DNA from: an uncultured cyanobacterium
Lineage (GTDB): Bacteria; Cyanobacteriota; Cyanobacteriia; Cyanobacteriales; Microcystaceae
DNA length: 64,000 nt
Assembly (NCBI GenBank): GCA_963807635.1
Contig: CAWEDJ010000073.1
Coordinates: 64,001-128,000 of the forward strand
Direction: 5' to 3'
The notes beneath the pieces were generated by a model. It was not told where the DNA came from and made no database searches. It saw only the letters and a list, made by a program, of their open reading frames with translations. How positions within the stretch are numbered: the first letter of the stretch is position 1; each line of letters starts with the position of its first letter. This document shows positions 44,829 to 56,906 of the stretch, in pieces. The translations under genes and the position numbers were made by a program.

Positions 44829-47334
44829 ATGACCGAATTTCCTGCTAATCTTGCGCTGATGGAACCCGTACTACCCTATTCGACAGAATTACCTAAATGG
44901 GTACAGGTTTTGGTCGATTGTCCAGGAATTCAGGGTTTATATACCTACGCTGTGCCGACGGAAATGGTGGTTCAAGTCGGAGATATTCTGAGTGTTCCCT
45001 TTGGTTCCCAGGTGATTGGGGGAATTGCGATTGGGTTTATGGCAGAATTACCGACAGACTTAACACCCGCCCAAATTAAGCCCATCGAAGACGTGATTAC
45101 TCAGGGATTTTTTTCCCCTTCCTATTGGCAATTACTCGATCGCGTGGCGGACTATTATCGAACAGAGTTAATGAGTGTCATTCGCATGGCCTTACCCCTG
45201 GTCTATTGGGGCGATCGCAACGGAGAATTCGTCTGAAAATAGATGAATTACCATCGGGGGCCGAATTGTTTCTCAGTTTACCTGCGCGGGAAATCTTACA
45301 ACTTTTACAAAAACAGACCGACCATCATTACAGTTATGTCCATCTCCAACGACAAGTGCGGGGTTGCCAACGGGGTATCCGTGAATTAACCAAGCGGGGT
45401 TGGATCGAAAGCTATTTAGAAGATCCTAAAAATAGTCGTGCTAAACAGCAAGAAGTCGTCACATTATTAACCCAAAATTCAGAGATCAAATTAACCCCCA
45501 GACAACAGGAAGTATTAGAAATTTTGCGTCGCCAAGGGGGCGAACTTTGGGTCAGTGAGTTAATAAAATTAGCCAATTGTACTAGCCCTGTTATTAAAAA
45601 ACTGGCTGATAACGGATATGTGACCATTGAAAAAAGAGAACGATTACGGCTTTTGTCAACGGTAGAAATGACCAGGGATCAAGCCAAAACCCTAACGATC
45701 GCCCAATCCAAGGCCGTAGATACTTTAAAAAAGTTAAAAGGGTTTAATCAAGTCCTCTTACACGGCGTAACAGGATCGGGAAAAACCGAAGTCTATCTCC
45801 AGGCGATCACGCCTATTTTAGCAGAGGGAAAATCGGTCTTAATCTTAGTCCCTGAAATTGGTTTAACTCCCCAATTAACGGATCGTTTTAAAGCGCGATT
45901 TGGCAATAAAATTTGTGTTTATCACAGTGCCTTGTCCGATGGGGAACGGTACGATACCTGGCGACAAATGTTAACGGGAACTTCCCAGGTCGTCATTGGA
46001 ACCCGTTCAGCAATTTTCGCGCCCCTGCCCAATTTGGGATTAATTATTTTAGATGAAGAACACGACAGCAGTTTTAAGCAAAGTCAACTCATTCCCGCCT
46101 ACCATGCCCGCACCGTTGCCCAATGGCGAGCCGAATTAGAAAATTGTCCCCTCATTTTAGGATCAGCGACTCCTTCCCTGGAAAGTTGGCTCACGGTGAA
46201 AGTGCAAACCGAAGTCCAAAGGTTCCAAGGCTTCCCAAAAAGTCCTGTCCATTATCTTGCCTTACCCGAACGAGTCGCCGCCCGTCCCCTGCCGCCCGTT
46301 GAAATTGTGGATATGCGCCAGGAATTAAAAAATGGTAATCGCTCAATTTTTAGTTATTCCCTACAAAATGCCTTAAAAAATCTCAAAGAACAGAGAAAAC
46401 AGGGCATTATCTTTGTTAATCGTCGCGGTCATAGTACCTTTGTTTCCTGTCGCAGTTGCGGGTTTGTCTTGGAATGTCCCCATTGTGATGTCTCCCTTTC
46501 CTATCACTATACCCATGCAGGAGCGACGGAACTGTTGCGCTGTCATTATTGCAATTTTACCCAAACTCAACCGCGCCATTGTCCCAGTTGTGAGTCACCC
46601 TATCTGAAATTTTTTGGCAGTGGGACTCAAAAAGTGACAGAAGTCTTGACAGAGCAATTTCCTGAGTTGAGTTGGCTCCGTTTTGATAGTGATACGACTC
46701 GCACGAAGGGGGCGCATCGCCGAATTTTGGATGATTTTAGTCAAGGAAAGGCGGATCTGTTGGTCGGAACCCAGATGCTGACTAAGGGCTTAGATGTCGC
46801 GCAGGTGACCCTGGTGGGGGCGATCGCAGCAGATAGTTTACTAAATTTTTCCGATTATCGTTCCGCAGAAAGGGCCTTTCAAACCCTGACTCAAGTTGCA
46901 GGTCGGGCGGGAAGAGGCGATGAGGCGGGACGGGTGATTATTCAGACCTATGCTCCGAGTCATCCGGTGATTGAGGCGGTGAAAAATCATGATTATCAAG
47001 CTTTTATCGAGCAGGAATTGCCCCAACGTCAAATTCTGAATTATCCGCCCTACGGTCATTTGATTTTGATTCGTCTGAGTGGTCTGGACTCAGATCTGGT
47101 GGAAAATGCGGCAGTCGCGATCGCGAAAAGTGTCAGGTGATTTTAGAGGATCTGGTGGAAATTTTAGGGCCTGCGCCTGCGAGTGTGATGAGAGTTGCAA
47201 AACGCTTCCGTTGGCATATTTTGTTGAAATTTTCCGACAATTTAAGGCAGAATCTAGATTTAAAAGCTTTACGGGCGATCTGTCCTGCTTCTGTCAGCCT
47301 AAGTATTGATGTTGATCCGCTTTATATTGAGTGA
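44829..47334 (+). CDS. priA: Primosomal protein N' (apparent frameshifts near 45195 and 47130)
   Basis: GVTGSGKTEVY, DEEHD, CxxC Zn motifs, QVAGRAGR, ILGPAPA, IDVDP. Confidence 0.95.
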
Positions 47335-47348
47335 AATTTTATTTTGAC

Positions 47349-47385
47349 GCGATCGCGTTTTTCTTAATCGGGAAAGTGCGATCAT
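47349..47385. repeat. Solo HIP1-bounded 29-bp-period unit after priA
   Basis: GCGATCGC-GTTTTTCTTAATCGGGAAAGT-GCGATCAT, same layout as the units at 1401-2726. Confidence 0.65.
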
Positions 47386-47785
47386 CGTTTCAGGGATTAG
47401 GGAAAAAGACAATTTCACAGATTTAGGATACTGCTCAGGCAAGGGGTTTTGAGCCGTTGTTGATAAAAATTGAGAATACCTTCCGCCTGTAAAGACCGCC
47501 ATATTATCTCAAATATTACAGAATATTACAATTTATCAAGTATTTTCTAGAATCACCATTGCCCTTGCTTTTTCGAGAACTTGAATTTTCAGATAAAGAA
47601 AGGTTTCCCTCTGTCTTCTCAAAAAACTTGCCAAAAGCATGACTTATATCCTTATCATCGTAAATAGTAGTTGATTGCGTTTTCATATAGCGCACCTCTG
47701 TCGGAAACCATGCTTAAGGAACATTAGTTGTGATTTAAGTAGATCCTGTTATAGACTCACAGCATTGCTCATCGTTATAATCCCT

Positions 47786-50489
47786 ATGTCCATTCTTGTC
47801 ATTGTTGAATCTCCCACCAAAGCTCGTACCATCCGTAATTATTTGCCAAGTAGTTATCGGGTAGAAGCTTCTATGGGCCATGTACGGGATTTGCCCGCAA
47901 CGGCGGAGGAGGTTCCCGCGAGTTATAAAGACAAAAAATGGGCGAATTTGGGAGTTGATGTCGAAAATAATTTTGACCCGCTTTACGTTATTCCTAAAAC
48001 CAAAAAGAAAGTCGTTAAGGAATTGCAAGCCGCACTCAAGGATGCCGATGAAGTGATTCTGGCAACGGACGAAGACCGAGAAGGTGAAAGTATTAGTTGG
48101 CATTTGTCTCAATTGCTAAAGCCGAAAGTGCCGATTAAACGGATGGTTTTCCATGAAATTACCCAGGAAGCTATCCAAAAAGCCCTGAAAAATTGTCGTG
48201 TTATTGATGAAAGTTTAGTTCATGCTCAGGAAACTCGGCGAATTTTAGACCGATTAGTGGGTTATACCCTTTCTCCCCTACTCTGGAAAAAGATTGCGTT
48301 TGGATTGTCGGCGGGGCGGGTGCAATCGGTGGCGGTTCGTCTTCTGGTTAAGCGTGAACGGGAGCGGCGAGCCTTTAAGGAAGCAGGTTATTGGGATCTC
48401 AAGGCGTTGCTCTTGGCAGAAAAAAGTCCCTTTGAAGTGAAGTTAATCAGTCTGGGCGGTAAAAAGATCGCCAATGGTAGTGATTTTGATCCAAGTACGG
48501 GAAAACTGATTCAGGGAAAAAATGTTGTTCTTTTAAATGAGGCAGAGGCGATCGCCTTAAAAGAGCGTTTATCGGGAAAACCTTGGCAAGTTAGTAATAC
48601 CGAAGAAAAACCAACGACTCGTAAACCTTCTCCTCCCTTTACGACTTCGACTCTCCAACAGGAAGCTAACCGTAAATTAGGAACTTCGGCGCGGGATACG
48701 ATGCGAACTGCCCAAAAACTCTACGAAGAGGGCTATATCACTTATATGCGGACGGATTCGGTACATCTTTCCGAACAGGCCATTACGGCGGCCCGCAGTT
48801 GCGTCCGAACAGATGTATGGTGCGGAATATTTGAGTCCCCAGGAGCGACAATTTACCACCAAAAGTAAAGGAGCCCAGGAAGCCCACGAAGCCATTCGCC
48901 CTGCGGGGAGTGAATTTCGTATCCCCAATAAAACAGGCCTATCGGGGCAGGAATTAGCCCTCTATGACCTCATCTGGAAGCGAACCGTTGCTTGCCAAAT
49001 GGCCGATGCTCGACTGACTCAATTGGCGGTTATTGTCAAAGTGGAAGATGCGGAATTTCGGGCGGCGGGTAAACGGATTGATTTTCCTGGGTTCTTTCGG
49101 GCCTATGTGGAAGGTTCCGATGATCCTGAAGCCGCGATCGACAGATCAGGAAGTAATCTTACCGCCCCTCAAAATTGGCGACAAACCGACCTGTCAACAA
49201 CTCGATGTCGCTGGTCACGAAACCCAACCTCCCGCCCGTTACACCGAAGCCTCTTTAGTGAAAACCTTGGAAAGTGAAGGATCGGCCGCCCTAGTACCTA
49301 CGCCAGCATTATCGGCACCATCATGGATCGGGGTTATGCTCAAATGCGAGCCAAGGCTCTGGTTCCGACTTTTACAGCCTTTGCCGTTGTCAGTTTATTG
49401 GAAGAACATTTTCCCGATTTAGTTGATACAGGCTTTACCTCCAAAATGGAACAAACCCTCGATGAAATTTCCACGGGAGAAGCCCAATGGCTCCCTTATC
49501 TTCAAGGCTTTTTCTTAGGGGAAGCGGGTTTAGAAAATCAGGTGAAAGTCCGGGAGAGCCAGATTGATCCCAGTTCAGCGAAGGCAATTATTCTCGAAAA
49601 TTTGGCTGCTAAGGTTAAAATCGGCAAGTTTGGCCCCTATATTGAAATTCCTCAAGGTGAAGAGGTGGTGACGGCTTCCATTCCCGCCGATCTTACCCCC
49701 TCCGATCTCAGTCCTGAGCAGGTTTTAATGCTCCTCAAGCAAAAAATAGAAGGCCCTGAAAAAATAGGGATTCATCCTGAAGGAGGAGAGCCAATTTATG
49801 TGCTGGTGGGAACCTATGGCCCCTATGTCCAGTTAGGGGAAGTCAGTGATGACAATAAAAAACCCAAACGGTCTTCTTTGCCTAAGGGAATGAAGCCAGA
49901 GGAGCTTACCCTCGATATTGCCGTAGGGCTACTGTCTCTTCCTCGGACTTTAGGAACCCATCCAGAAACAGGAGCGCAAATTCAGACGAATTTGGGACGT
50001 TTTGGCCCCTATGTCGTCCATGACCAGGGTAAGGAGGGTAAGGATTATCGCTCTCTCAAGGCAGAGGATAATGTGTTAACGATTTCTCTAGAACGGGCCT
50101 TAGAACTCTTAGCAGAACCCAAGCGGGGCAAAGGCAGGGGCAAGAAGTCTCCCTTAAAGGAATTAGGAGTGCATCCGACGGATCAAGAACCTGTTCATAT
50201 TCTGGATGCGCCCCTATGGCCCCTACGTCAAGCATGGCAAAATTAATGCCAGTCTTCCTGAAGGGGAAACGGTGGAGACTTTAACCCTCGAAAGGCAATC
50301 GCGTTGTTGGCGGATAAAGAGGGAACCAAAAAAACAACTCGTAAAAAAGCGGCAACGGCAACCAAAACGGCGGCCAAGAAGACCACTGCCACAAAATCAA
50401 CGGCGGCTAAAAAAACAGCTACCAAATCAACAACGGCTAAGAAAGCAACGACCACACGAAAAACATCAACTAAAACGCCTGAAAGTTAA
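47786..50489 (+). CDS. topA: DNA topoisomerase I with Topo-C repeats and Lys/Thr/Ala-rich tail (several apparent frameshifts)
   Basis: [40 protein letters not shown], repeated G(K/R)(F/Y)GPY. Confidence 0.95.
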
Positions 50490-50509
50490 TCAAAAAGTGA
50501 TTACTCAAA

Positions 50510-51676
50510 ATGAAAACCTATGATTGGATTGTGGTCGGGGCAGGTATCACGGGAGCGGCTCTGGCCTATGAATTAGCGAAACAGGGATTACAGGTTCTTT
50601 TATTGGAAAAAGAGAAAAATCCTCACAGTGCGACCTATTACAGCTACGGTGGCGTTGCCTATTGGTCAGGAATTACGACGATAAACCGTCAACTGTGTCA
50701 AGAATCCAAATATATTTTGAGTCATCTTTCTCAGGAATTAGACGGAGAGACGGAATATCGAGAACTGAATTTGGTCTTAACGATTCCTCATCGGCCATGA
50801 TCCTGATACTGTTCGCAAAAATTATGAAAATTGTCTCAATCCCCCCGATTATTTAACCGTTGAAGAAGCTATTGAACTGGAACCTCTGCTTAATCCTGAC
50901 CAAATTGCAGGAGTTTTGACGGTAGCTCACGGTCATATTCATGCCCAAAAAACCACCAGGGCTTATTTACAAGCATTTTTGCGACTGGGTGGAACCTTAG
51001 AAATTGAACCTGTTCTCAATTTATTGCGTCAAAATGAGCGAATTACTGGGGTTATTGCCTCCCAAAATACTTATCAAGCAGAAAATACGGTAATTTGTGC
51101 AGGAGCTTTCAGTCGTTCTTTTCTAGAAGCCAATAATATTCAGATTCCTCTCTATTTCAGTCATGCCCAAGTCATCAAAACACCACCCCTTAATATTCGT
51201 CTGCGATCGCTGGTAATGCCCGCCGTGTTGCAACGCTTAGAAATCGAAGCCCAGGCCAGACAACCCGAAAAAGAATCCGATTGGACGCTCCCCAACTCTA
51301 ACGTCATGGCGGCAATCACCGAACCAGGCGCGATTCAGTTTTTAGATGGTAGTTTTTATCTTGGGCAAGTCAGCCAGATTATCACCGATGCAAGCATGAT
51401 TCCTGACTTAACCCAAAGTGAAACCGAAATTCGTTCCCAAATTGCCAAAATTTTACCTCACTTGGCAATGTGCCTGGAACTTGCCATCATTGCCTAGTGG
51501 CTTTTAGTGATCCTAGTCACCCTTTAGTCGGTAAAGTCGAAAATCTTGGAGGTATTCACCTCTTTTCGGGATTTACTAGCCCTCTGGCCTACGCCCCGCC
51601 CCTAGCTCGACATTTTGCAACTTGGGCAACTCAAGGAAACGATCAGGTCATTGATCAATTTTCTGCGATTGGTTAA
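50510..51676 (+). CDS. FAD-dependent oxidoreductase, DAO family (apparent frameshifts)
   Basis: VVGAGITG Rossmann motif, VICAGA, FSGFTSP..YAPPLA across three ORFs. Confidence 0.82.
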
Positions 51677-51816
51677 CAAATTGGTTAACAAACAGAATGG
51701 TGAGAGGATCGGCTCTAGGGCATCTATTTTTTCAGAACTTAATAAGAGTATCTAATGCTGATGTGTATTTTGTAAATTCTTGTCTTTATGTTTTTTTGAA
51801 AAATTCTGAAAAATTC

Positions 51817-53229
51817 CTAATGAATAATCATTCTTTCCAGATTCTGTTGTAATTCTTGGGTCAGATTGGCCACCGCTTGACGACGATTTGCTTTATATTC
51901 AGGCGATCGCGCCGTGACAGAAATCGGTTCCCCAATGGTCATTTGGGCGCGTTGTTGACCTAATCGGGGGCGAGAAAAGGACGTTCCCCCCTTAATGCGG
52001 GCCACCAAATCCCACATCAGAAGTATGGTGTCGGCAAAACGTTCTACCGTCGGCTTTTCTCGGACATAATACCCCGTCACCGCCACAAAGCTTTCTACCA
52101 TTCTCATGTGCCACATCCGCAAATCCGCTTCTTCCGCCACGCGATCAGCCAAAGCCCGCTTTAGGGGACTCAGATTCTTATCAGGCTTGAATTCTTCCCG
52201 ATAGATGCAATCCCAACCCGCCTGTTCCACCCGACGACAGCGATCGACAACGGTTCCCTTATTAGGAATATGAAAATATTGTTCTGCCACTTCTAGAGCT
52301 ATATTAAGTAAATTTTGTAATCGTAAGGAAAAAAGTGCATTGGGTAATTGTTGAAGGGTATCTGAGTTATCATCAAAAGTGGCTTTTAGGGTATCTACAT
52401 CAGGCAAATTTTGGTGATAGGATTCCCGATAAAAATTCTCCATAATTCCTAAAATTTCTTCCCCTAAATTAAATAAACGCTCATACAATTTTTGTTCCTC
52501 TAATTGATGATTCTCAGTAGAAAATTGGGTTTTAATCCCACAATCTTTTTCTAATTGCATTAATAAATCGGCAATTTTTGCCCAGGGGCGTGTGATATAA
52601 AAATATTGAATTCCAACAGGAATAATAAACACTTCTTCCGTGCGATCGCTTTTTTGTAAATCTTCCGCACACCAAAAACCCAGTTGAGCAATCCCAGGTT
52701 CCAAGGGACTAATAATCTCGTTATGGCCATTCGTTGCCCCTTCAGGCGCGGCGGCGATCGGAAAGGAGGCATTAGTGAATAATTCCCGTGCCGATCGCAG
52801 TCCAGGAAGATCGAGTTTTCCCCGTTGAATTGACGTTCCCCCCAAATGGGAATAGAGCCAACTCACGGCTGTTCCTGCCCATAGAGGAATGCCTCGGTCA
52901 TACATAAAATGGGCATGAATCGGTTGCTGGAGTTGAATATTTTCTTGTTTGATAAATTTAGGCAATAATTTCCACAGTAGATAACCCATACAGTAGGGAT
53001 CATTGACACTAGGATGACGAAAAGCTAATAAAAATCTCACTTTTTTTTGCTGAAATTTTTGATAATATTCTGCCAAGATAGATAAATTGTCTGCCTCTAT
53101 TTTCGCCAAGGGAGTCTGCGATCGCAACCAGAGCGGTAAAATGAACTGACATCCCTTCAGCACGAAAGCATTATAAACAGGAGGAATAAAATCAAGGGGC
53201 GGCTGGGCGCGAATTGAATCAGTATTCAT
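51817..53229 (-). CDS. Phospholipid/glycerol acyltransferase family protein
   Basis: FRHPS..DP (HxxxxD) and APEG motifs, PVGIQY. Confidence 0.8.
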   Translation of the reverse strand: MNTDSIRAQPPLDFIPPVYNAFVLKGCQFILPLWLRSQTPLAKIEADNLSILAEYYQKFQQKKVRFLLAFRHPSVNDPYCMGYLLWKLLPKFIKQENIQLQQPIHAHFMYDRGIPLWAGTAVSWLYSHLGGTSIQRGKLDLPGLRSARELFTNASFPIAAAPEGATNGHNEIISPLEPGIAQLGFWCAEDLQKSDRTEEVFIIPVGIQYFYITRPWAKIADLLMQLEKDCGIKTQFSTENHQLEEQKLYERLFNLGEEILGIMENFYRESYHQNLPDVDTLKATFDDNSDTLQQLPNALFSLRLQNLLNIALEVAEQYFHIPNKGTVVDRCRRVEQAGWDCIYREEFKPDKNLSPLKRALADRVAEEADLRMWHMRMVESFVAVTGYYVREKPTVERFADTILLMWDLVARIKGGTSFSRPRLGQQRAQMTIGEPISVTARSPEYKANRRQAVANLTQELQQNLERMIIH

Positions 53230-53265
53230 GATATTTGATAATTAATCGCTAAAAATTTATCCATT

Positions 53266-54276
53266 TTAAGCTTGATATTGACATAAAATTAGACCAAACC
53301 ACCCTTGGGAATCTGTCCAACTTTGTACCGTTTTTAATCCTTGATTTGCTAAATATTCTTCCATTTGTCTCAAGTTAAACTTACGAGAAATTTCAGTTAA
53401 CAGAGTTTCTCCTTTGGTAAAATTGATTTTTAAATTTAACGTCTTAAGACTGACTACCTGCTCTTTTTGGCTAACTAGGTGCATTTCAATTTGGGATTTT
53501 TCCTGATTATAAAAAGACCTGTGCTGAAATTCGGATAGATTAAAATTTCCGTCAAATCGCCAGTTTAAATGCTCTAAAATATTGAGATTAAATTGAGCCG
53601 TAATCCCTTGACTATCATTATAGGCCGCTTCCAGAATTTGATTATCTTTTTGTAAATCAATTCCCAATAAAAAATAATCTCCTTGATTTAAAGCCGCAGT
53701 AACTTGCTCAAAAAAGTGATCGCATTCCTGGGGACTAAAATTACCGAGAGTACTCCCCAGAAAAGCGATCAATCGACTGGCAAATTGAACAGGAGGTAAA
53801 TCTTCTAGGGCTAACTGATAGGTGCTGACTAATCCATGAATTGTCAATCTTGCATAATCCTTTAACAATTCCTGAGCCGTTGTTTCTAAAATTCCCGTAC
53901 TCACATCAATGGGAATATAATGAATAGGATAATTTAAGTGCTGATAGGCATCTAATAAAAAACGGGTTTTAGTGGAGCTACCACTTCCTAATTCAATCAA
54001 GTCACAGGCTCCTGTGATAGTCGCAATTTCTGGGGAATTATCCTTTAAAATCGCTGCCTCTGTTCGAGTGGGATAATATTCAGGTAAAGTACAAATTTTT
54101 TCAAATAAATCCGATCCTAAATCATCATAAAAATAGTGTGGAGGAAGGGATTTTTGGACTTGTCTTAATCCAGCAATAACATCACTACCGTGATTAGTAT
54201 AACTGAGAGGATGGGTCTGGAGAAAATTGTCAATTTGTAATCGCTCATCTAAATTGACCTCGAAAATAAGTGTCAT
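53266..54276 (-). CDS. egtD: L-histidine N-alpha-methyltransferase
   Basis: FYD..GS.LFE.IC.LPEYYPTRTE, ELGSGSS.KT, AYND..G.TA.FN.N, TEIS.KF. Confidence 0.93.
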   Translation of the reverse strand: MTLIFEVNLDERLQIDNFLQTHPLSYTNHGSDVIAGLRQVQKSLPPHYFYDDLGSDLFEKICTLPEYYPTRTEAAILKDNSPEIATITGACDLIELGSGSSTKTRFLLDAYQHLNYPIHYIPIDVSTGILETTAQELLKDYARLTIHGLVSTYQLALEDLPPVQFASRLIAFLGSTLGNFSPQECDHFFEQVTAALNQGDYFLLGIDLQKDNQILEAAYNDSQGITAQFNLNILEHLNWRFDGNFNLSEFQHRSFYNQEKSQIEMHLVSQKEQVVSLKTLNLKINFTKGETLLTEISRKFNLRQMEEYLANQGLKTVQSWTDSQGWFGLILCQYQA

Positions 54277-54397
54277 GAAACTCCTCTTTTTATCCTGCTA
54301 GATTTTTGATCATTCCGAAGAATTGATTGAGTTGGTAGAAATTTTGAGCTACCCAAAAATATTTTATAATAATAACCATCAGAAATGAATCATTAAA

Positions 54398-56758
54398 ATG
54401 GATATTCTTTCCCCTTCTTTACCGTCCGACTTAGAGCAAGCCTTAACGGTTCTCCGCGATCGCCTACGAGAAGGTCAACGCCCGCTTGCCGATTGGTCGG
54501 GGGGAGAAATGGCGGTTTCGGCAGTCCCAGGCGCAGGAAAATCCCATAGTTTGTCGGTAGCGGCGGCTATCACCATCGCTCGTCATCAATTGCAAGCCAA
54601 TCGCCAATTACTAATCGTTACCTATACGCGATCGGCGGCGGCGGCCATTAAAGCCAAAATTAAAGACCGATTAAGGGAATTGCAGTTACCCCCAATGGGA
54701 TTTATGGTGCAGACTTTGCATGGTTTAGCCCTGAATATTGCCAGTCGTCACCCCGACTCTTCAGGAATCAATCTGAATAATCAAACCCTTTTGACCCCTA
54801 ATCCCAGCCATCGAGTGATTCGGGAGACGGTCGAGCAGTGGATACGGCTTAATCCCGATCTCTACCATATCCTCTTAGAAGCGCAACCTTTTGATCAAGA
54901 AGAAACCGAAAAACTCCGCCGTCAATCGGTCTTGAGAACAGAGGTTTTACCCCAGCTTGCCCATGTTGTTGTCCATGAAGCTAAAAGTTCAGGTTTATTG
55001 CCCCAGCATATTCAGCAATTAAGTTTACTGAGTACGGATCATTATCCCCTTTTAGCGATCGCGGCAGGATTATATGAGCAGTATGAAAAAATAATGAAAA
55101 GTCGTAATTATATTGATTACGATGACATGATTTTAGGTGCATTAAAAGTATTAGAAGATGACGTAATTTGTCAAGAATGGCAAAAACAAATCTTTGGCGT
55201 TTTTGAAGACGAAGCCCAGGATTCGAGTCCCCTACAGGAAAAATTAATTAATCGTTTAGCGATCGCTCCGAATAGTCCCCAAAAAATTGCCAACTTAATT
55301 CGAGTGGGTGATCCGAATCAAGCCATTAATTCTACTTTTACCCCTGCCGATCCTGTTTACTTTAATTGGTTTTGTGAAAACTGTAAAAATCAGGGTAATT
55401 TTTCCACAATGGATCAAGCAGGTCGTAGTAGTCAAATTATTATCGATGCGGCTAACTACCTCCTTCATTGGGTTAATCAACGCTGGAATCTATCTGATCA
55501 GAATCAGCAAGGTAAAGCCGTTAATTCTCAGCAATCTTTAACCCAAAAACTAGCAACGCCTTTTCGAGAACAATCTATTCGTGTTGTGGAAAAAAGTGAT
55601 TCTCAGCAAAATGCAAATCCAGAGTCCGTTGGAAAAGGATTAGAAATTTATACTCCTGAAGATATATTCATGACCGTTGAATTAATCGGAAAACGAATGA
55701 TTCAATTATTTACCGAAAACCCTAACAGTAATGCCGCTATTTTAGTCAGGGAAAATCGACAGGCTCGCTTTTTAGCGGAAGCTTTAGGGGATTTATTACA
55801 GGATCAAAAAATCAAAATTTATGAAGTCGGTGAAATGGAACGATTCTCGAAAATTCCCGAAGAAATCCTCAAACTACTTCACTTTATTGACCGTCCCCAT
55901 TCCCCAGAGTATCTTAAAAATGCCCTAGAGATTTTGCAAAATCGGGGATTAATTCCCGCTCAGGATTTGAATATTTTAGCAACCTATCCCGAAAAGTTTC
56001 TCTATCCCAGCCCCTTGGAAGGAGAAGAAAAACAGCCTGTTTTAGTGGCTAGAAAATATTGCTGTCAATTATTAAATGCCAGAATTGAATTACCCCATTA
56101 TCAACTGATTATTTTTCTGGGAATAATTCTTAAATATACGGGATCAGAGTTAGCAACTTTACAGAAATTATCAGAACGCATGGAGCAACAAACAAGTTAT
56201 CAAAATTCTCTTAAAATAACTATTAATGCTCTACAGGAATTAGTCATTTCCGAACGGTTTGAAGGGGTTGAAGAAGAAACTGATGAAGTTTATACCAAAG
56301 CAGGGCAATTAACTATTATTACTATGCACAAAGCTAAGGGTTTAGATTGGGATTATGTCTTTATTCCCTTTCTCCACGAAGATATTTTACCTGGTGAATT
56401 ATGGGTTCCTGTTTCGGCTAAATTTTTGGGGGATTTTACCCTATCAGAAGTTGCCCGCGCCCAAATTCGGACAGCTATCCATTATCAATATATCCATCAT
56501 CAACCTATTACTCAAATTCCTAATGCGATCGCGGCTTGGGAGGAAGCCAAACAACTTAAAAAAGCGGAAGAGTATCGTTTATTGTATGTGGTAATGACCA
56601 GAGCAAAACGTTTACTATGGCTCTCGGCGGAGAAGAATGGCCCGTTTCGTTGGAGTACCTTTCAAGCGAATCAAAAAGGAAATTTACAGAAAAAAACAGT
56701 TTGTTCTGCTCTTGATGCCTTACAAATACAATTTCCCCAATCTGTGATGGAACTTTGA
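54398..56758 (+). CDS. UvrD/REP-family ATP-dependent helicase
   Basis: AVPGAGKS, EDEAQD, VGDPNQAI, TMHKAKGLDWD, RLLYVVMTRAK. Confidence 0.92.
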   Translation: MDILSPSLPSDLEQALTVLRDRLREGQRPLADWSGGEMAVSAVPGAGKSHSLSVAAAITIARHQLQANRQLLIVTYTRSAAAAIKAKIKDRLRELQLPPMGFMVQTLHGLALNIASRHPDSSGINLNNQTLLTPNPSHRVIRETVEQWIRLNPDLYHILLEAQPFDQEETEKLRRQSVLRTEVLPQLAHVVVHEAKSSGLLPQHIQQLSLLSTDHYPLLAIAAGLYEQYEKIMKSRNYIDYDDMILGALKVLEDDVICQEWQKQIFGVFEDEAQDSSPLQEKLINRLAIAPNSPQKIANLIRVGDPNQAINSTFTPADPVYFNWFCENCKNQGNFSTMDQAGRSSQIIIDAANYLLHWVNQRWNLSDQNQQGKAVNSQQSLTQKLATPFREQSIRVVEKSDSQQNANPESVGKGLEIYTPEDIFMTVELIGKRMIQLFTENPNSNAAILVRENRQARFLAEALGDLLQDQKIKIYEVGEMERFSKIPEEILKLLHFIDRPHSPEYLKNALEILQNRGLIPAQDLNILATYPEKFLYPSPLEGEEKQPVLVARKYCCQLLNARIELPHYQLIIFLGIILKYTGSELATLQKLSERMEQQTSYQNSLKITINALQELVISERFEGVEEETDEVYTKAGQLTIITMHKAKGLDWDYVFIPFLHEDILPGELWVPVSAKFLGDFTLSEVARAQIRTAIHYQYIHHQPITQIPNAIAAWEEAKQLKKAEEYRLLYVVMTRAKRLLWLSAEKNGPFRWSTFQANQKGNLQKKTVCSALDALQIQFPQSVMEL

Positions 56759-56768
56759 ATTTTCTGAG

Positions 56769-56832
56769 GCGATCGCGAAGCGGTACTGGGCGATCGCGTC
56801 TATCCTCCTTTGTTACTCTATGTTGCGATCGC
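56769..56832. repeat. Cluster of three HIP1 sites including a 21-nt-period pair
   Basis: GCGATCGC at 56769, 56790 and 56825. Confidence 0.7.
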
Positions 56833-56906
56833 GTTTTGGGAACGAGAAATTTGAGACAATCAGAAATATTGCTAACGCTCAGACTGCATAAGGAAAAAAT
56901 TAGGAA

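Noticed and set aside
53266..54276. Ergothioneine biosynthetic cluster
   Set aside because: Only egtD is present; no egtB/egtC adjacent. The FGE domain at 22.4 kb belongs to a kinase fusion, not EgtB.
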